Source: Thalia democratica (Eukaryota). From it: DNA of 64,000 bases. The stretch is from the NCBI GenBank assembly GCA_965202585.1, contig OZ241828.1, positions 27,838,001 through 27,902,000 of the forward strand. Direction: 5' to 3'. The notes below the pieces were generated by a model. It saw only the letters and a list, made by a program, of their open reading frames with translations, did no database searches and was not told where the DNA came from. This document shows, piece after piece, positions 35,838 to 48,550 of this stretch (position 1 is the stretch's first letter; every line of letters begins with the position of its first letter). The position numbers and the translations under genes are program-made.

Positions 35838-37125
35838 CAGATGACCACTTTGGAATACCACAAGGTTCTTGTTTGGGTCCTTTGTTGTTTCTTGTGTATA
35901 TTAATGATATTTTTTCCTCTACTGAGACAAATATGAGATTGTTTGCTGATGATGCCTGCTTGAGCTACCAACACAGTGATCCTGAGTGTTTAAATGAAAC
36001 TATTAATAAGGAGTTGGTAAAAGTTGATAAATGGTTGCGTGCTAATAAACTTTTTATTAATTATTCAAAAACTAAGTTTTTTTTTTTAATAAAACTTCAA
36101 AAAATTGTGAATTTAGTGTTAAGGTAAATGGTTTTCTTATCGAGCAGAGTAATAGTATAAAATACTTAGGTGTGGTTTTGAATGATAAGCTGAATTGGAA
36201 GAAACATTTGAGTTCTCTGAAATCGAAATTGTCTAGGAGTTGTTATGCTTTGTCAAAATTAAGATATTACTTGGACACATTTACACTTAAAATGGTATAT
36301 TATAGTATGTTTTATTCGCATATCCAATATTGTATATCTGTTTGGGTTAGTGCTGCTGACTGTTACTTAAAACCAATTTTTTGTATGCAAAAAAGAGTGA
36401 TCAGGTATGTTTGTCGTGTGCCTGCCTTGACCACAACAAACCCTTTGTTTAAAAAAACTGGTGTGCTAAAATTAAAGGATGTGTATAAATTGCAAATTTG
36501 TAAGTTAATGCGTAATACTATAACAGGGTTTGATGTAGAACACAATAGATTTACACTTACTAGCTCTGTTCACCTACACAATACAAGATTTTCAAAGAAA
36601 ATGAATTTTACAACTGAAAGACCTAGAACAAGACTTGGCCTAAACTGCTTTAGGTATTTGGGTCCCAAGTTTTGGTCTAGTGTCCCTGAAACTTTTAAAA
36701 ACTTAAAAAAAGATCCATTTAAATTTATATATAAAGACTTTTTGTTGAATAACTACATGGAGTAGATCTAGAGGGCTTCTACATGTATGTTTTGTCTGTG
36801 TTAAAATTTGATTCATGTAATTTGGGACCAGATTGTGATGTGTTGGTCTTTATTTTTATGAATGTCCTGGTAATGAAAGAGTGATTGTTATAAATTATTG
36901 TAATAAATTTTGTTTATTGCTAGGTTGTCTTACTTGTTTCAATTTTTTTATTGTGTTAGATTTAAGATAGTTCATTTATTTATATTTTTTTATTAGAAAT
37001 TAGAGGTAAAAGTATAAACTTAATACAACTTTTTTATTTGTTTATTATTTTTTTTTCTTTTTGTTTTTTTTGAGTCTTGTACAAAGATAATATGTACTAA
37101 CAAATTTTAAAAAATCTTATTATTT
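35838..37125 (+). mobile_element. 5'-truncated CR1-group non-LTR retrotransposon (RT C-terminal half plus 3' UTR)
   Basis: FGIPQGSCLGPLLFLVYIND...LFADD...KTK; frameshift in the T-run at ~36080; then KYLGVVLNDKLNWKKH...YYSMFYSHIQYCISVW...GPKFW. The 3' boundary is approximate. Confidence 0.9.
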
Positions 37126-38905
37126 ATTGACTTTATTGTTGAAATATATATATATTTTTTATTTTTTTTAATACAAATAGTATCTTTTTTTCCTACTTAC
37201 AGTATTTTCTTATTCTATTTAGTTTTTTTTCTATTTTTCAGAACTAAATACTTTAAATTAGATATTGGTTTATTTGAGTTTACAACAGCTGATTGTGAGT
37301 TCACACTGGTGGCAGTGATCACATGATTGGATTGTTGGTGTGTTATTTGTTGTAGCGTTGGCAAAAACTTACTTGGAGATTTGAGTTTCATGATTTTCCC
37401 ACACTTTGTGGTTTTTAGTATTGAGATTTTATTCTTGTGAGTGTTTGCCAAATGACGTGTCACCAGAAGTTTTTTCAAGAAAGGGTTAGGATTAGTTATT
37501 TCAGTTAGCTAAATTTTTTTTTTGTTACATAGACATTTTTAGTTTTGTTTTTAGTTAAAAGGTTTTTTTTTTTTTTCTTAGTAAATTTAAAGATAGGGCA
37601 GATGGAATAACATGTGATGAGCTCAAACTCACTTACTTGACCTTCAGAAAACGTTTATTGTTGCAGAGGAGAGAGTGAGTATTTTCTCATGCTTTTCTAC
37701 CTTGAAAAAAAAAAAGATCAATAAAAGCAAAAAAAACTATATAAACTAAAACATAAAAGATTTTTCAATTAAATAAAACCCTACAATAAAATTGATCAAT
37801 AAAAAGTTTAGACCAAACTGAGAAAGTTTTATAGAAGTTGTTAAAAAACTAGACAGAATAATTTTTTAAAGAAAAAGTCTATTTTTACTTTTATACTTTG
37901 ATCCTTAAATAACCTATTGAATTCTCCAGCTTTGTACCCTTATACCTCAAAATAAAATTTAAACTTTACAAAATATTTTTATTGTACAACCAGTAAAAAA
38001 AGTTTCTTACCAGTCTATGGTCATAATATCTTTGCACAGTTTTCAGTAAAATAAAGCAGTATAAATTTTGTCTTCCTTTAACAATGGTTGGTGCTGTTGA
38101 TTATTTAGACATTTTTGGTATAGTCTAGATCCTAACTTTAATTTTTCTAATGTTTTTTTGTTTAAGTTCAACTTACTTCACTTGGTATGGTTAAACAAAA
38201 ATAAAAAGTTCAAACTTTTTAATGTTTATAGTAGTTTTTGAATCTATAGTAGATATCATTGCTTTTTACACAAAAATTGTTCAAAATTCTGAGTGTAACC
38301 ATAACATTACATATGTTAAAAATTTCAGCTTTTTTTGTCTTATTTTTTTTATTTCTAGGATTTTATAGGTAAAATTTTTACCCTGAAACAAGAAACTGAC
38401 ATTATTCCTGAATGAATTATTTTGATAAAATAAGTTGATTAATCAAAATATAAGTAGTTACTTAGATAAAAATAATTTTTAAGATTCTTTTTTTTTTATA
38501 CTTGTTGACAATTGAGTTTTGATCTTGTTATGTTCAACTCTGAAAGTTTACAAGGCAATCTTTAGGACCCCTACCCAATCAGCCCACTTCTATAAAAATT
38601 AAGCAAAATAATTCATGTTAAAGTCTTGCTTTTACCACATAAGTTAAATATATATTAGATTTATATTCTACTGTTTTGTCACATATACTTTACATTTCAG
38701 TGCACTGTATGAAAATATTTTGTTTCAGGTTTTATCATTTTAATAACAATATTATAGCAAAGTTAAACGCTGCACTGCAGCCCGCAACAAAAGGTAAAGC
38801 TGCGGTCAACGAGCATGTGAGTGTGGCCCGCTAAAGAAAACTTTAAACTAAATGGATTTTTTAAACTATAGATGTATTAATTTTATTTCAAGTTCCTGGA
38901 TAACA

Positions 38906-39459
38906 GGTAAATGTCAAATTTCCACAAGCGTAAAAAATTGCACGAAAGGACAAAATTGCATATGGGCAAAAAATTGCGCGATGATACTTTTGCACAAAGA
39001 CACTTTTGCAAGGAGAACTTTTTGCACAGGTTGATTTTTTTCTATAATTTTTTTATTAATTTTAATTTCTATTCTTTTATTATAACTGTAACCCCTAAAT
39101 TTTACCCTCGGCCAGTAGCATTTTTTCTTTTTAATCATTTTTTTACATATTATTTCATTTTTGTTTTTGTTTTTAATAAATTATTTGTCATTTTTATGTT
39201 TTTATTTTTACTATCACTGTTACCCCTAACCATTACCCTTGGTCAGTATCATTTTTTTTGTTATTTTAATAATTTATCTTTTAGTTTTTTTTTGTTTTTT
39301 CTTATATACGTTTTTTCTATTTTTTATTTTACTCTCATGCAAAATTGACCATTGGTGCAAACTAATCTTTGTGCAATTTTATCACCTAGTGCATTTTTGT
39401 TCCCTAGTGCAAATTTGTCTTTGTGCAAAAGTATAATCGTGAAATTTTAGTCCGTTCTT
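38906..39459. mobile_element. Full GTGCAA MITE with 10-bp TSD
   Basis: TTGCAC arm and GTGCAA arm; TSD CTGGATAACA/CTTGATAACA; empty site CCTGGATATCATTT at ~61287. Explains ORFs 38852-39436. Confidence 0.85.
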
Positions 39460-41115
39460 CTTGATAACATTTGAAGCTGTTAAAATAATTTACTTCTTAT
39501 GCTTATGAAATGTTAAAAAAGACAGATTGGAATTCCAGCAATTTCTTTTAAGTTTATATGTTATTCTTTTCTATAACAGGGAAGTCAACAAAACCTTATG
39601 TGTATGGATTGGAGCACTTCTTATTCTTGAATTCAGTAAGTTATAAATGTAATAAATAAATTTTATTAATATAAATATTTTTCATGTGTACAAAATCTGT
39701 GCACACTGCAGTACTAAACTAAGTTTCAATTATTAACAATTTAGGGAATTCAGTTTATTAAGTATTTTATATATATTTTCTATTACCATTATTTTTTCTT
39801 TATGATTTATATTTAAAATTGTAAAGAAACATTTAAATGAACTAAAAAAAAAATAGTATATTTTTTCTAAGAGTCTATTTACCCTAAAAACAGTTTAGAA
39901 CACCAAGTTGTTTTCAATACATACTTATGTACAAAACACACTCAAACTTGTAAACACTTGTTTTGTTTATACTTATTTCAGAAGTTGAGTTGATTAAGGT
40001 TTGTAGATTGATAGTTTTACTTTTAAACTTATGCAAACAAACAAGTAAACACTGTCAGACACTCATACTAAGTCAGGCTAATTTTGAGATTTTAAAGATA
40101 TTTATTATAGTTTATTTTAAGGTTTTGGCTTGTGTTACCTATACTTGAATTTTTTTATAAACTCCAGCCAACTCAAGTTGGCCCTTTTTCCTCAAAGAGT
40201 AGCAACCCTGTTTTTGTAATTTATTTATGAATGTATCATCGTTGCTAACTTCACAGGATTGTTTTAACCTTACAGCTACTCAACTTAAAAGTAATAATTA
40301 TATTCATATAAGAATGCACAATGCACACTATCTCAAAATTAAAGTAAGATTTAACATAGTCTCTTTTCTTTGAAGAGTTTATTCTTGATCTTTATCAACT
40401 TGAGAACTACAAAAAAAATGACAACAATAAAATGTACAACTAGATAATGAATTTGAAAGTAATAAAGTTATAATGTGTATTAAACTTCATTATCAATATT
40501 TTCCTCAAGAATGGCCTGCTGGGCAAAGGAAAAATTACAAAATTGACACATTAAACAAAAAATTTAAGCATTAACTCCACTTCGCTTGTCGGTTTATGCA
40601 ATTTTCAACCAAACTGTCTTAAATAAAGGAAATTTTTGAACTTTTTGATGTATGTTAAGGTTCCCCAAAAAAAAATAACCAGAAACTCATATAAAACTTG
40701 TCACATGAATTACAGAAAGCCGTTTAGTTTCTTTTATAGATATAAGTATTTTATTATTTTGTAGAAATTAGTTCTTCCTGTTTAGTTTCTGATCCATGAG
40801 ATTTGCCAAGCAATTTCAAAACGTTTTATTTTTAAATAGTTTCGTGTAATCTTCATGCCTTAAAAACGATATAAAATAAGACCATAAGTACAAAGTTGTT
40901 GTTTAGAATTAAATTTAAGCAAATAAGTTTAGTAAATTACTACTTGTAGCAGAAAAGAAAATTTTAACAAAAAATATTGAACAAAAAATATTAACTTATG
41001 CTTATGTTATAAGCATTTTTATTCGTTTATTTTTATAAAATGAGATTTTCTAGTCTATATGTAGTACTACTTAAATGAAACTTTTATTTGTAATCTGAAT
41101 GATATTTTAAATGAT

Positions 41116-41495
41116 CAGGGTTGCTACACGCTCAACAAATGGTCAATTTAGTCTTGGATACTATCATAACTTAAAATTTTAAAGACAAAAAAAATCTGGA
41201 AAAACGTGAAATGACTTCGATTATGTAAACAGTTTTTACATGTAAAATCAAAAAATCTAGATTAAAGCTAAACAACTTTTATATACCCGAAAGTTAAACA
41301 TTTTTTTGAAAAAAAATTTCTTTTAAAAACACATATTAAGTAGCTTTGAAGTAATTTTATACTAAGTACAAATTTTTAATCTCAAACTTAATTTTCTACC
41401 AGATAAGAGATATAGATTAGTTGTGCTTTTTAAAGCCTTAAGATTAATTTAAAACCTAAAAAAAGAATCGAAAATTAAAACTATTGGCCACCCTG
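41116..41495. mobile_element. CAGGGTTGC...GGCCACCCTG MITE (copies at 52223-52577 and 55495-55871)
   Basis: hAT-like TIRs. Three collinear copies share flanks, so they were inherited by duplication. TSD no longer evident. Confidence 0.7.
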
Positions 41496-43042
41496 ACTTA
41501 GAACAATTTTATAAAGTAAGGTCAGCATTTGTTTAAACTTGTATTAAATAAGATGAATTGTCTTGAACTGATTAGTTACAAGTAGTTTGAAAATCATCAG
41601 GCTTTCTTGAGCTTACTTATAGTTAAATAAAACTTTAACTTAATAACTTGTGTTCAAAGTTGCTACTCTAACAGGATATTTTAGATTATGGAATTTAAAA
41701 AAAACTAAAGCTAGTCTGGTTTTTTGTTTTATCTTAGACTATTTTTTGTAAATAATTTTTCGAATATTCTATTTAGTGGTAAAGTTTTTACATTTTTTGT
41801 CTTTTTCAACGTTTATTTTAACCTTTAATATATCTGCCTGGTTTGATGTAACTCAGGCTGAATTTTTGTTACTAAAACTTTCAACCCTGTTAAAAGCTTA
41901 AAGTTGTCAAAATGAAAGACTCATGTTTAAGTTTTTAAGTTAAAACCGTTTCAAAACAACACTATTCAAAAACTCAACTAAGTATTTTTTTAAGTTTTCA
42001 ATAATTGAATATTAAAAATAAACTTATGCTTTTCATAGTACTAATATTAATACACATATTATATTTAACTGCATAAAACTACTGAAACTTTAAAGTGTGT
42101 GTGCGCTATGTATTTAATATACAAGAATTCTTTTCAACAGTTTAGAAGAAAATGATAATTAAATAAAAGAAGGTTGATTATATAAACAATGTACTACATA
42201 ACTTTTTTTTGAGCTGTTTTTTTTTTTTACAGATGCCATCCAATGACCAATGGGAGGTGGTTGCAGTCGACTACATCAAATGGCTAACTACAGCATGCAG
42301 AAGAATGAAGGAAAAGGAAAAACCAACAATTTAAGAAACTGATAGGACATAAAATGACTAAAAAATTGACTATCACAAAACTGTAAAATAAAATGCGGCC
42401 CCCAAAAAAATTGAAATTAAGCCCCAAGGACCAATTGCCAGCCGAACATTGTTTTTACTCATCAAATACTTTTTTCCTTCTAAATATATGATTAATATAA
42501 AGTATGATTTCTGACTATTTAGTTATAAGTCTATAATTGATTTTCGGAATAGTACTTGCACAAATCTTTTTTTTATAAATCTCTGGTTAAAATAATACTA
42601 TGCATTATAAAGTTTTTTCATCTAGTTTACATTTTACTGTTTAGCTATGAATTTAAATTAACTTAATATACCACATATGTTATTGTGTTAAAACTTAATT
42701 CCGACTAACAGCGTTTCACTGCTCTCAAATAAATTTAAGAACAGATCTATGGAGTCTCAAAAAGCTCTAAGAAATCTTAGAATATAATAAATTAAACTTG
42801 ATAGTTAAAGTATAAATGATTAATATTAAAATAACTAACTTTATCAGTCAAAGTTTTAATTTATGCTTTGCATTCTGCATTACATTTAAAACGCTTAATT
42901 AAACTCATCAATTGTTCTATAACTATTAACTTATTGTATTAAATTCTAAGTTATGCATTAAATATATTTATTCTTATTTAAAGGCGTTTACAATCACAAA
43001 ACTACAGCAAAAATTAAAAATATTTTAGATTATAAAATTAAA

Positions 43043-43216
43043 ATGAGTGAACAGAGAATGGAACGCATCCACGGTGAACTTAAAGAAATCAGAGAGATTC
43101 AAACTGAAGCAAGGAATGGAAAACTGAAAAATAATATACAAAATGGTAGCTTTGATGTCCATAAATTCATGGTAACATGCGAGATAATAGATTTCAAACT
43201 TTACAACATATTTTAA
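43043..43216 (+). other. Short ORF/exon relic (57 aa); paralogue 57556-57741
   Basis: MSEQRMERIHGELKEIREIQTEARNGKLKNNIQNGSFDVHKFMVTCE versus MEFIQGEPKEIRAIQTEARDEKLEKVLQNGNFDVHKFMVTCE. No family recognised. Confidence 0.35.
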
Positions 43217-43493
43217 TCTATTACATAGTTAAAACTCCCCTGATAAACTAAAAAATTAAAATTTTTAATAGTAGATTTAAATTATATACAAAAAACTGAA
43301 CATTTTATGGTAACAACTAAAATTATCTAATTAGACTGTTTTTGCTTTCTTTATTTGTAGTAAAATTGCAAACTATATATAGCTGTATTAATTAATTTTA
43401 GTTTCAAGTAAGACTATAAAATATACAAACTACCAACAGAAATGAAAAATATGGATCTGGAAAACAATACAAAACATTCTAGACTATCTAAAA

Positions 43494-45670
43494 CAGGGGT
43501 CGGCAAACTGCGGCCCGCGAAAGAAAATTTTGTGGCCCGCGAGCATGTAAAAGTGGCCTGCTGAGCAAAAATACATTTCAAGTAAAATTTTTTCGGTAAT
43601 TCGATTTACTTTGTTTAGTTTGGTTTTAAGTCTCTGTAAAACATTTAAAAATAATTAGAAGACGTTACTACTTTAATTTAAAAATGTGAAAAAGACAGAT
43701 TAGCATTCTAACAGGATATTTTTCTGTGTTTCATAATAACTTCTATTTTACAACAGCAAGTAATTATCTGAAAAAAGAGTGCTTGAATTTAATAAGTTAG
43801 TTATATTATACCTATTTATCAAATAAACTAAACTCAAATGTTTTCCATTTTGTACAAAAGCAATGCACAGTAATTAAATAAAGTGTCATTTCTTTATAGC
43901 TTAGATATTCTTTCCAATATTTTTTTTACCTAAGTTTCTTTTATATATTTTTTATTTGTAAATGTTATGTTTTAGTGTAAAAACATTTAAAATAACATAG
44001 TAATGAGAAAAAAAGGTTTATTTAAGTTTTGTTTTGACACATTTTAATTTTTTAGAAGTTTTCTTTGCACTTAAACTAACTTATATGCACACCAACTTAA
44101 AAAAATGCTCATATTTTAAACCACTTTTTATAAAATACTTTAGTTAGTTTAAGTTTAGTTTATGCATAATTTTCTAAGTTTGTTTTTTCTACATGTAATG
44201 TCTAAATTTGTACAAACACAATTAAAACAATACATATGACATAAACTAATATAGTTTTTGTTAGGTATACATTTTCATTTTTCAAACATTGATTTTGTCA
44301 AACTAAGTTAACATTTATGCTTTGCATATCAATACACACATTTGCTGTTTTTTGGAGCTACCTACTTAATATAAACTAGACTTAGGGATAGTTTATAATC
44401 ATTGACACACTCTCAGACTATCACTTTTTGAAGACTTCAAATCTCAGGCCAACTAAATCATTTTATAAGTTTTTGGCTAGAATTGTTTTTTGTATACAAA
44501 ATATCAGGAATGTTTTTGTTAATTCAGGCTGACTTTTTTGCTTAAAAGAGTTGCAAATTAAACTGATGATGTAAGTTTTGCTCAACCCAAAGTGTTAGTT
44601 TCAGTTATAATATATGTTATAATATTGTAAAATTGCTGTAATGCTTAATAAAAAAGAGGTTTTTCCCTTCGCTAATGACTCAATTAAGTTTTATACTTTT
44701 GTTAAAAATGTTTAAGAAAGTTAATTGTCCATTCCAGCTGACTTATATTTTTTTGGCATGTATATTGTTTACTGTTAATAAGTTTCGTTATTTCTTTATG
44801 TTGTGAACTTTGTTTTAACTGGGCTGCTACACAAACAGGCTATTTTAAAAGCTTGAAAACTCAGATGTGTGTGAAACGTTTATTTCAAACACTTTAAATA
44901 AATCTTAGAATTCCCAGAATAGTTTTTATGACTGTAGTGTAGTTTACTAATTGTAGTTTTTTCTTGTTTTTTTACACTTTGTGTACTTTTTAATGATCAT
45001 GATATTTTTACTAGGTACTTAAGCTTGATTTACAACGGTTTACTAGCTTTTTAAACTTTTAATGAACTTAGGCTGGTTTGATACAACTCAGACGTTTTTG
45101 CTTTTTAAGTGACAACCATGTAAAAGTTACTAATAAAATATTTTATTTAAGTATTCTGAATTAATTATGTTAAAGAATTTGTTCTAGCTTTCTATAATAC
45201 AAACAGGTATTAATTTTATTAAATAACACATTACTAAATTTTCTAATGAATGTAAACTATTTAACACGCAAAAACATTTTTTTGAAGTTAATATTTTTAG
45301 AAATATGAAAAAAGGGGTTGGTAATATAACAAATATATAAAAGTAACTAATAAATTGTCTTTCAAGTTTGGTTTTTATAGAGAGTTAAATTGTATGTAAA
45401 ATTACAAAAGTATTAAATTTAACTTAGTAAGTGCATATGAAAGTACATAGTTTATTAACACTTAAGTATATTAGTCAATGTAAATTTTATTCTAATTTTT
45501 TTTAAATTAATTTAAATAGTCAAATTATGTATAGCTTAAACTTTTCTCTAGTGAGACTAAAACTAAAACCAAAAGATTATTCAAACGTCACTAAAACTAA
45601 AACTGCGGCCCGCGAAGACTTTGTAAACTTGAAATTTTGCCCGCGACTACCAACTGCCTGCCGACCCCTG
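43494..45670. mobile_element. Non-autonomous hAT (Buster-type) element, 2177 bp
   Basis: TIRs CAGGGGTCGGCA / TGCCGACCCCTG; 8-bp TSD ATCTAAAA/ATCTATAA with central TA; subterminal GCGGCCCGCG. Empty site GACTATCTAAAATTAAGACAG at ~57982. Confidence 0.95.
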
Positions 45671-46647
45671 ATCTATAATTAAGACAGACGGTGGCAATTT
45701 TGTAAATTTATGCAAAAATAAATCTAAAAAACCTTTTGTTTTGGAGAACAGGTTAAAAAGTAAGTATTTATTTATTGTTTTGTTTTATAAATTATAAAAT
45801 TTCATGATGATGCTGCTTTTTTTTTATATGAATAGTTTAAATTTTTCTTAACTTTATTATTTTAACAATTGAGCTAATAAAATAAAATTGTGAGTTTAAG
45901 TGAACAAAATAGATTTTATTTTCAAGTATTAATTAATATAACAGTTTATAAAATTTTTTACTAAGAATTTCTAGTATTACTATATCAAAATATTTGCTTT
46001 TAAGATGTGCTTGTGGTCAGCTAATCATAAAAAGACAATCGTATGATACAGTTAACATTTATTGGGTCTATGCTAAAAAGATTGTTTACCAACGCTTTAA
46101 ATCTTACTACCAGCACTTTCAAAAAAATAAACTAAATGATTATTTTTAAACAACAGACCTGTTTAACGAAAACGAACTTGTCGAGCAAATTAGGACGAAC
46201 AAGCTGAATTTAAGCGATGAAGTGAACAGAAAAACTGCGTCGGAGTTACCAGAACTGAATGGTGGAAACGAGGCGGTGATAAATGAAGTAGCACGCGTTT
46301 TCATCTTCGGGAAATCCCTCAAGCTCAAGATTGCTAACGACAAAAAGATGCTTAAGATTGCTAATGACAAAACAAAAATAATATTTTTCTACAACAAATA
46401 TGGCGAAAAAATATTCGAAAGAATTATTGTGACAGCATAAAAGATTATTGATACTTTATTAAAATTATTAAAAGAAAAATAGAGTGAAATGCGAAATCGC
46501 ATTTATTTTACCTTAACTAACTAAATAAAAAAACAAAAAAAAAAACAATGTAAAAACGTTTACTAAATGGTTCGCAATTTTTTTCTGTTCTAAAAGAAAA
46601 TGTATTCTCAACATCACAAAAGTTAATATTTTTCACTGTTTGTTTTT

Positions 46648-48550
46648 CAGGGGGGTATATAATTTTTTTACCACCTAAAAAGGTTCCAAACAGTGTTTAA
46701 ACCTAACCAAATAATTTAATTGAGTTGTTCTATTCCAAAAACTAGCCACCAAAGGTTTTAATTTGGAGAAGTTTTTTTTTTCTTTGGTCTTAATTAAATA
46801 AGTCGGCAAAACTTTTAATTCATTTGTTATTTTTGATTTTAGGTAGCAAAAGTATTTACTTATAATCTTTGGGAAAGGTTTTTTACGGAATAGGGTGAAG
46901 ATTAAATGAGAAATTTGAATAATTCTGTTTTTAAACTTTGCTGACTCAGCATTTGCAAGTTTGCTATTTTATTTGCAGGTTTTTTAAGCCAACCCTCAAC
47001 ACCAGTTGTAGTAATTGCATTTTGTCTTAATTCTTCAAAGAACTTCCTAATGAAAAGCTTACATTTTGTATTGGTAAATGTTACTTTAATTGAAAAAAAA
47101 GCAGTTAAAGTTGAGTTAACAGTTTGGCAAGACATTGCATTCAATTTAGTTTTGCATTGGGTGTTTTGCTCAGTACAAACAAATCATTAAATGCAGTTAA
47201 GTCAATTGAACGCAGGCAGAATTAAAATCCTTTTGTGGGTCTTTCAGAACATTTGGTAGTTTTTTCTTACAACAAGATTGGTAAATGTATTATACTCAAC
47301 TAAATGTGTTTTGAGAGTTAATGCATATTTTTTTTCGATACATAGCCAATGTGAAACGCTTGGAAGCCTGTGGGGTATAAAAATTGTTGATGAAGATTTT
47401 GAACTTTATAAAAACACGTCACAGTTTTCATAAACAGTATAGTGCTCATCGTTTGTTCAAAGATGATGGAAAATATCAAATGAAAAAAAGAAAATGAAAG
47501 TTTACAAACCTAATAAACCATATGATACAAACACTTTGCCAGAATTATCTAATTATAACCGTCTAGATCTGTATGTGGAAGCAAACGGTTGTTTGCGAAA
47601 TCACTGTACAGATGATGATGAGTATCAACTCAACTGTTCACACTCCATTTCTTGATCCAGAATGAGTGGTGTTGGCAACCATGTTGTTCAATTTGTCACA
47701 GTTAATGGACAGCAACGGACTTTAGCAACCTTTAACATTTCTACAGAGTCTCGTAAAAGTTTAGATAAGTTGTAGAAACCAACGATAAAAACTTCACCAC
47801 TTTCAACAGGCTACAAATATTCTGCTAAAGACATAGTTGTTAGGTTAATTCCGTAACGACCGATAGCACAGCCAAAAGTCTAAAAGTGTTTCAATCTGTA
47901 TGTGAATACCTGGAAGCTGAACTACCCTACCTCTGTGACCTGTATCACCCATGTCTTGTTGATGTTCCAACGAAAAGCTCATAAAAAATTTAAGGATATT
48001 TATGATGGTGTAGGACATGGTAAAATAATATATTGTTTTCTAGTTAACATCGTTTTTAAAAGTATCTTATTTTGTGCCATTTAAACACAAATTACAATAC
48101 AAAAACTAAGTTATCAATTAGAAGATTATTTGAAGAATATAGACAAAATTCAATTACCATAACTGGTGTTAGGGTTGGCTTTAAAAACGTGCAAGTGAAA
48201 TTGCCAATGGTGAATCAGAAAAGTTGAAAAAAAGAATTTTTTTTTTCAAAATATATTTAAAATATCTACAACCGTATTTCTAACTCACGTTAATCAGGAA
48301 TATAACAAACAGATAAGTCTCATTATTCAAAATCGAAAAAAAAACGTACAAATTTTTAAAAGTAGTTGCTGATTAAGCAAATTTAAGCCTATTAATTTTC
48401 GATAAATTTCCCATCCAAAATTTTTGGTGGCTAGCTTTTGGAGTGAGACAACTCAACCAAATAATTTTTTGAGCTAAAAACATAATTTTGAACCTTTTGG
48501 GAGTTTACTAAAGTTTTACTAGAAGATATCAAAAATAACATACTCCCTTG
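46648..48550 (+). mobile_element. Decayed long-TIR DNA transposon with DDE transposase relic, copy 1
   Basis: Inverted GAGTTGTTCTATTCCAAAAACTAGCCACCAAA / TTTGGTGGCTAGCTTTTGGAGTGAGACAACTC. Internal translation ...STGYKYSAKD...LMFQRKAHKKFKDIYDGVGH with frameshifts. Confidence 0.65.

Larger units (their letters stand above)
38770..42450 (+). mobile_element. Large decayed hAT (Buster-type) element, copy 1
   Basis: Left subterminal GCCCGC..GAGCATGT..GTGGCCCGC motifs as in the 43494 element. Right end TGCGGCCCCC...TGCCAGCCGAACATTG (copy 2 ends CTGCTGACCCCTG at 56868). Internal translation WPAGQRKNYKIDTL...SYKTCHM..RKPFS loosely resembles a Buster/GTF2IRD2-like transposase N-terminus. Confidence 0.55.

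Noticed and set aside
38852-39436. ORFs 38852-39034, 38911-39348, 38914-39138, 39239-39436 and 6365-6562
   Set aside because: Translations of the GTGCAA MITE repeats and its T-rich core.
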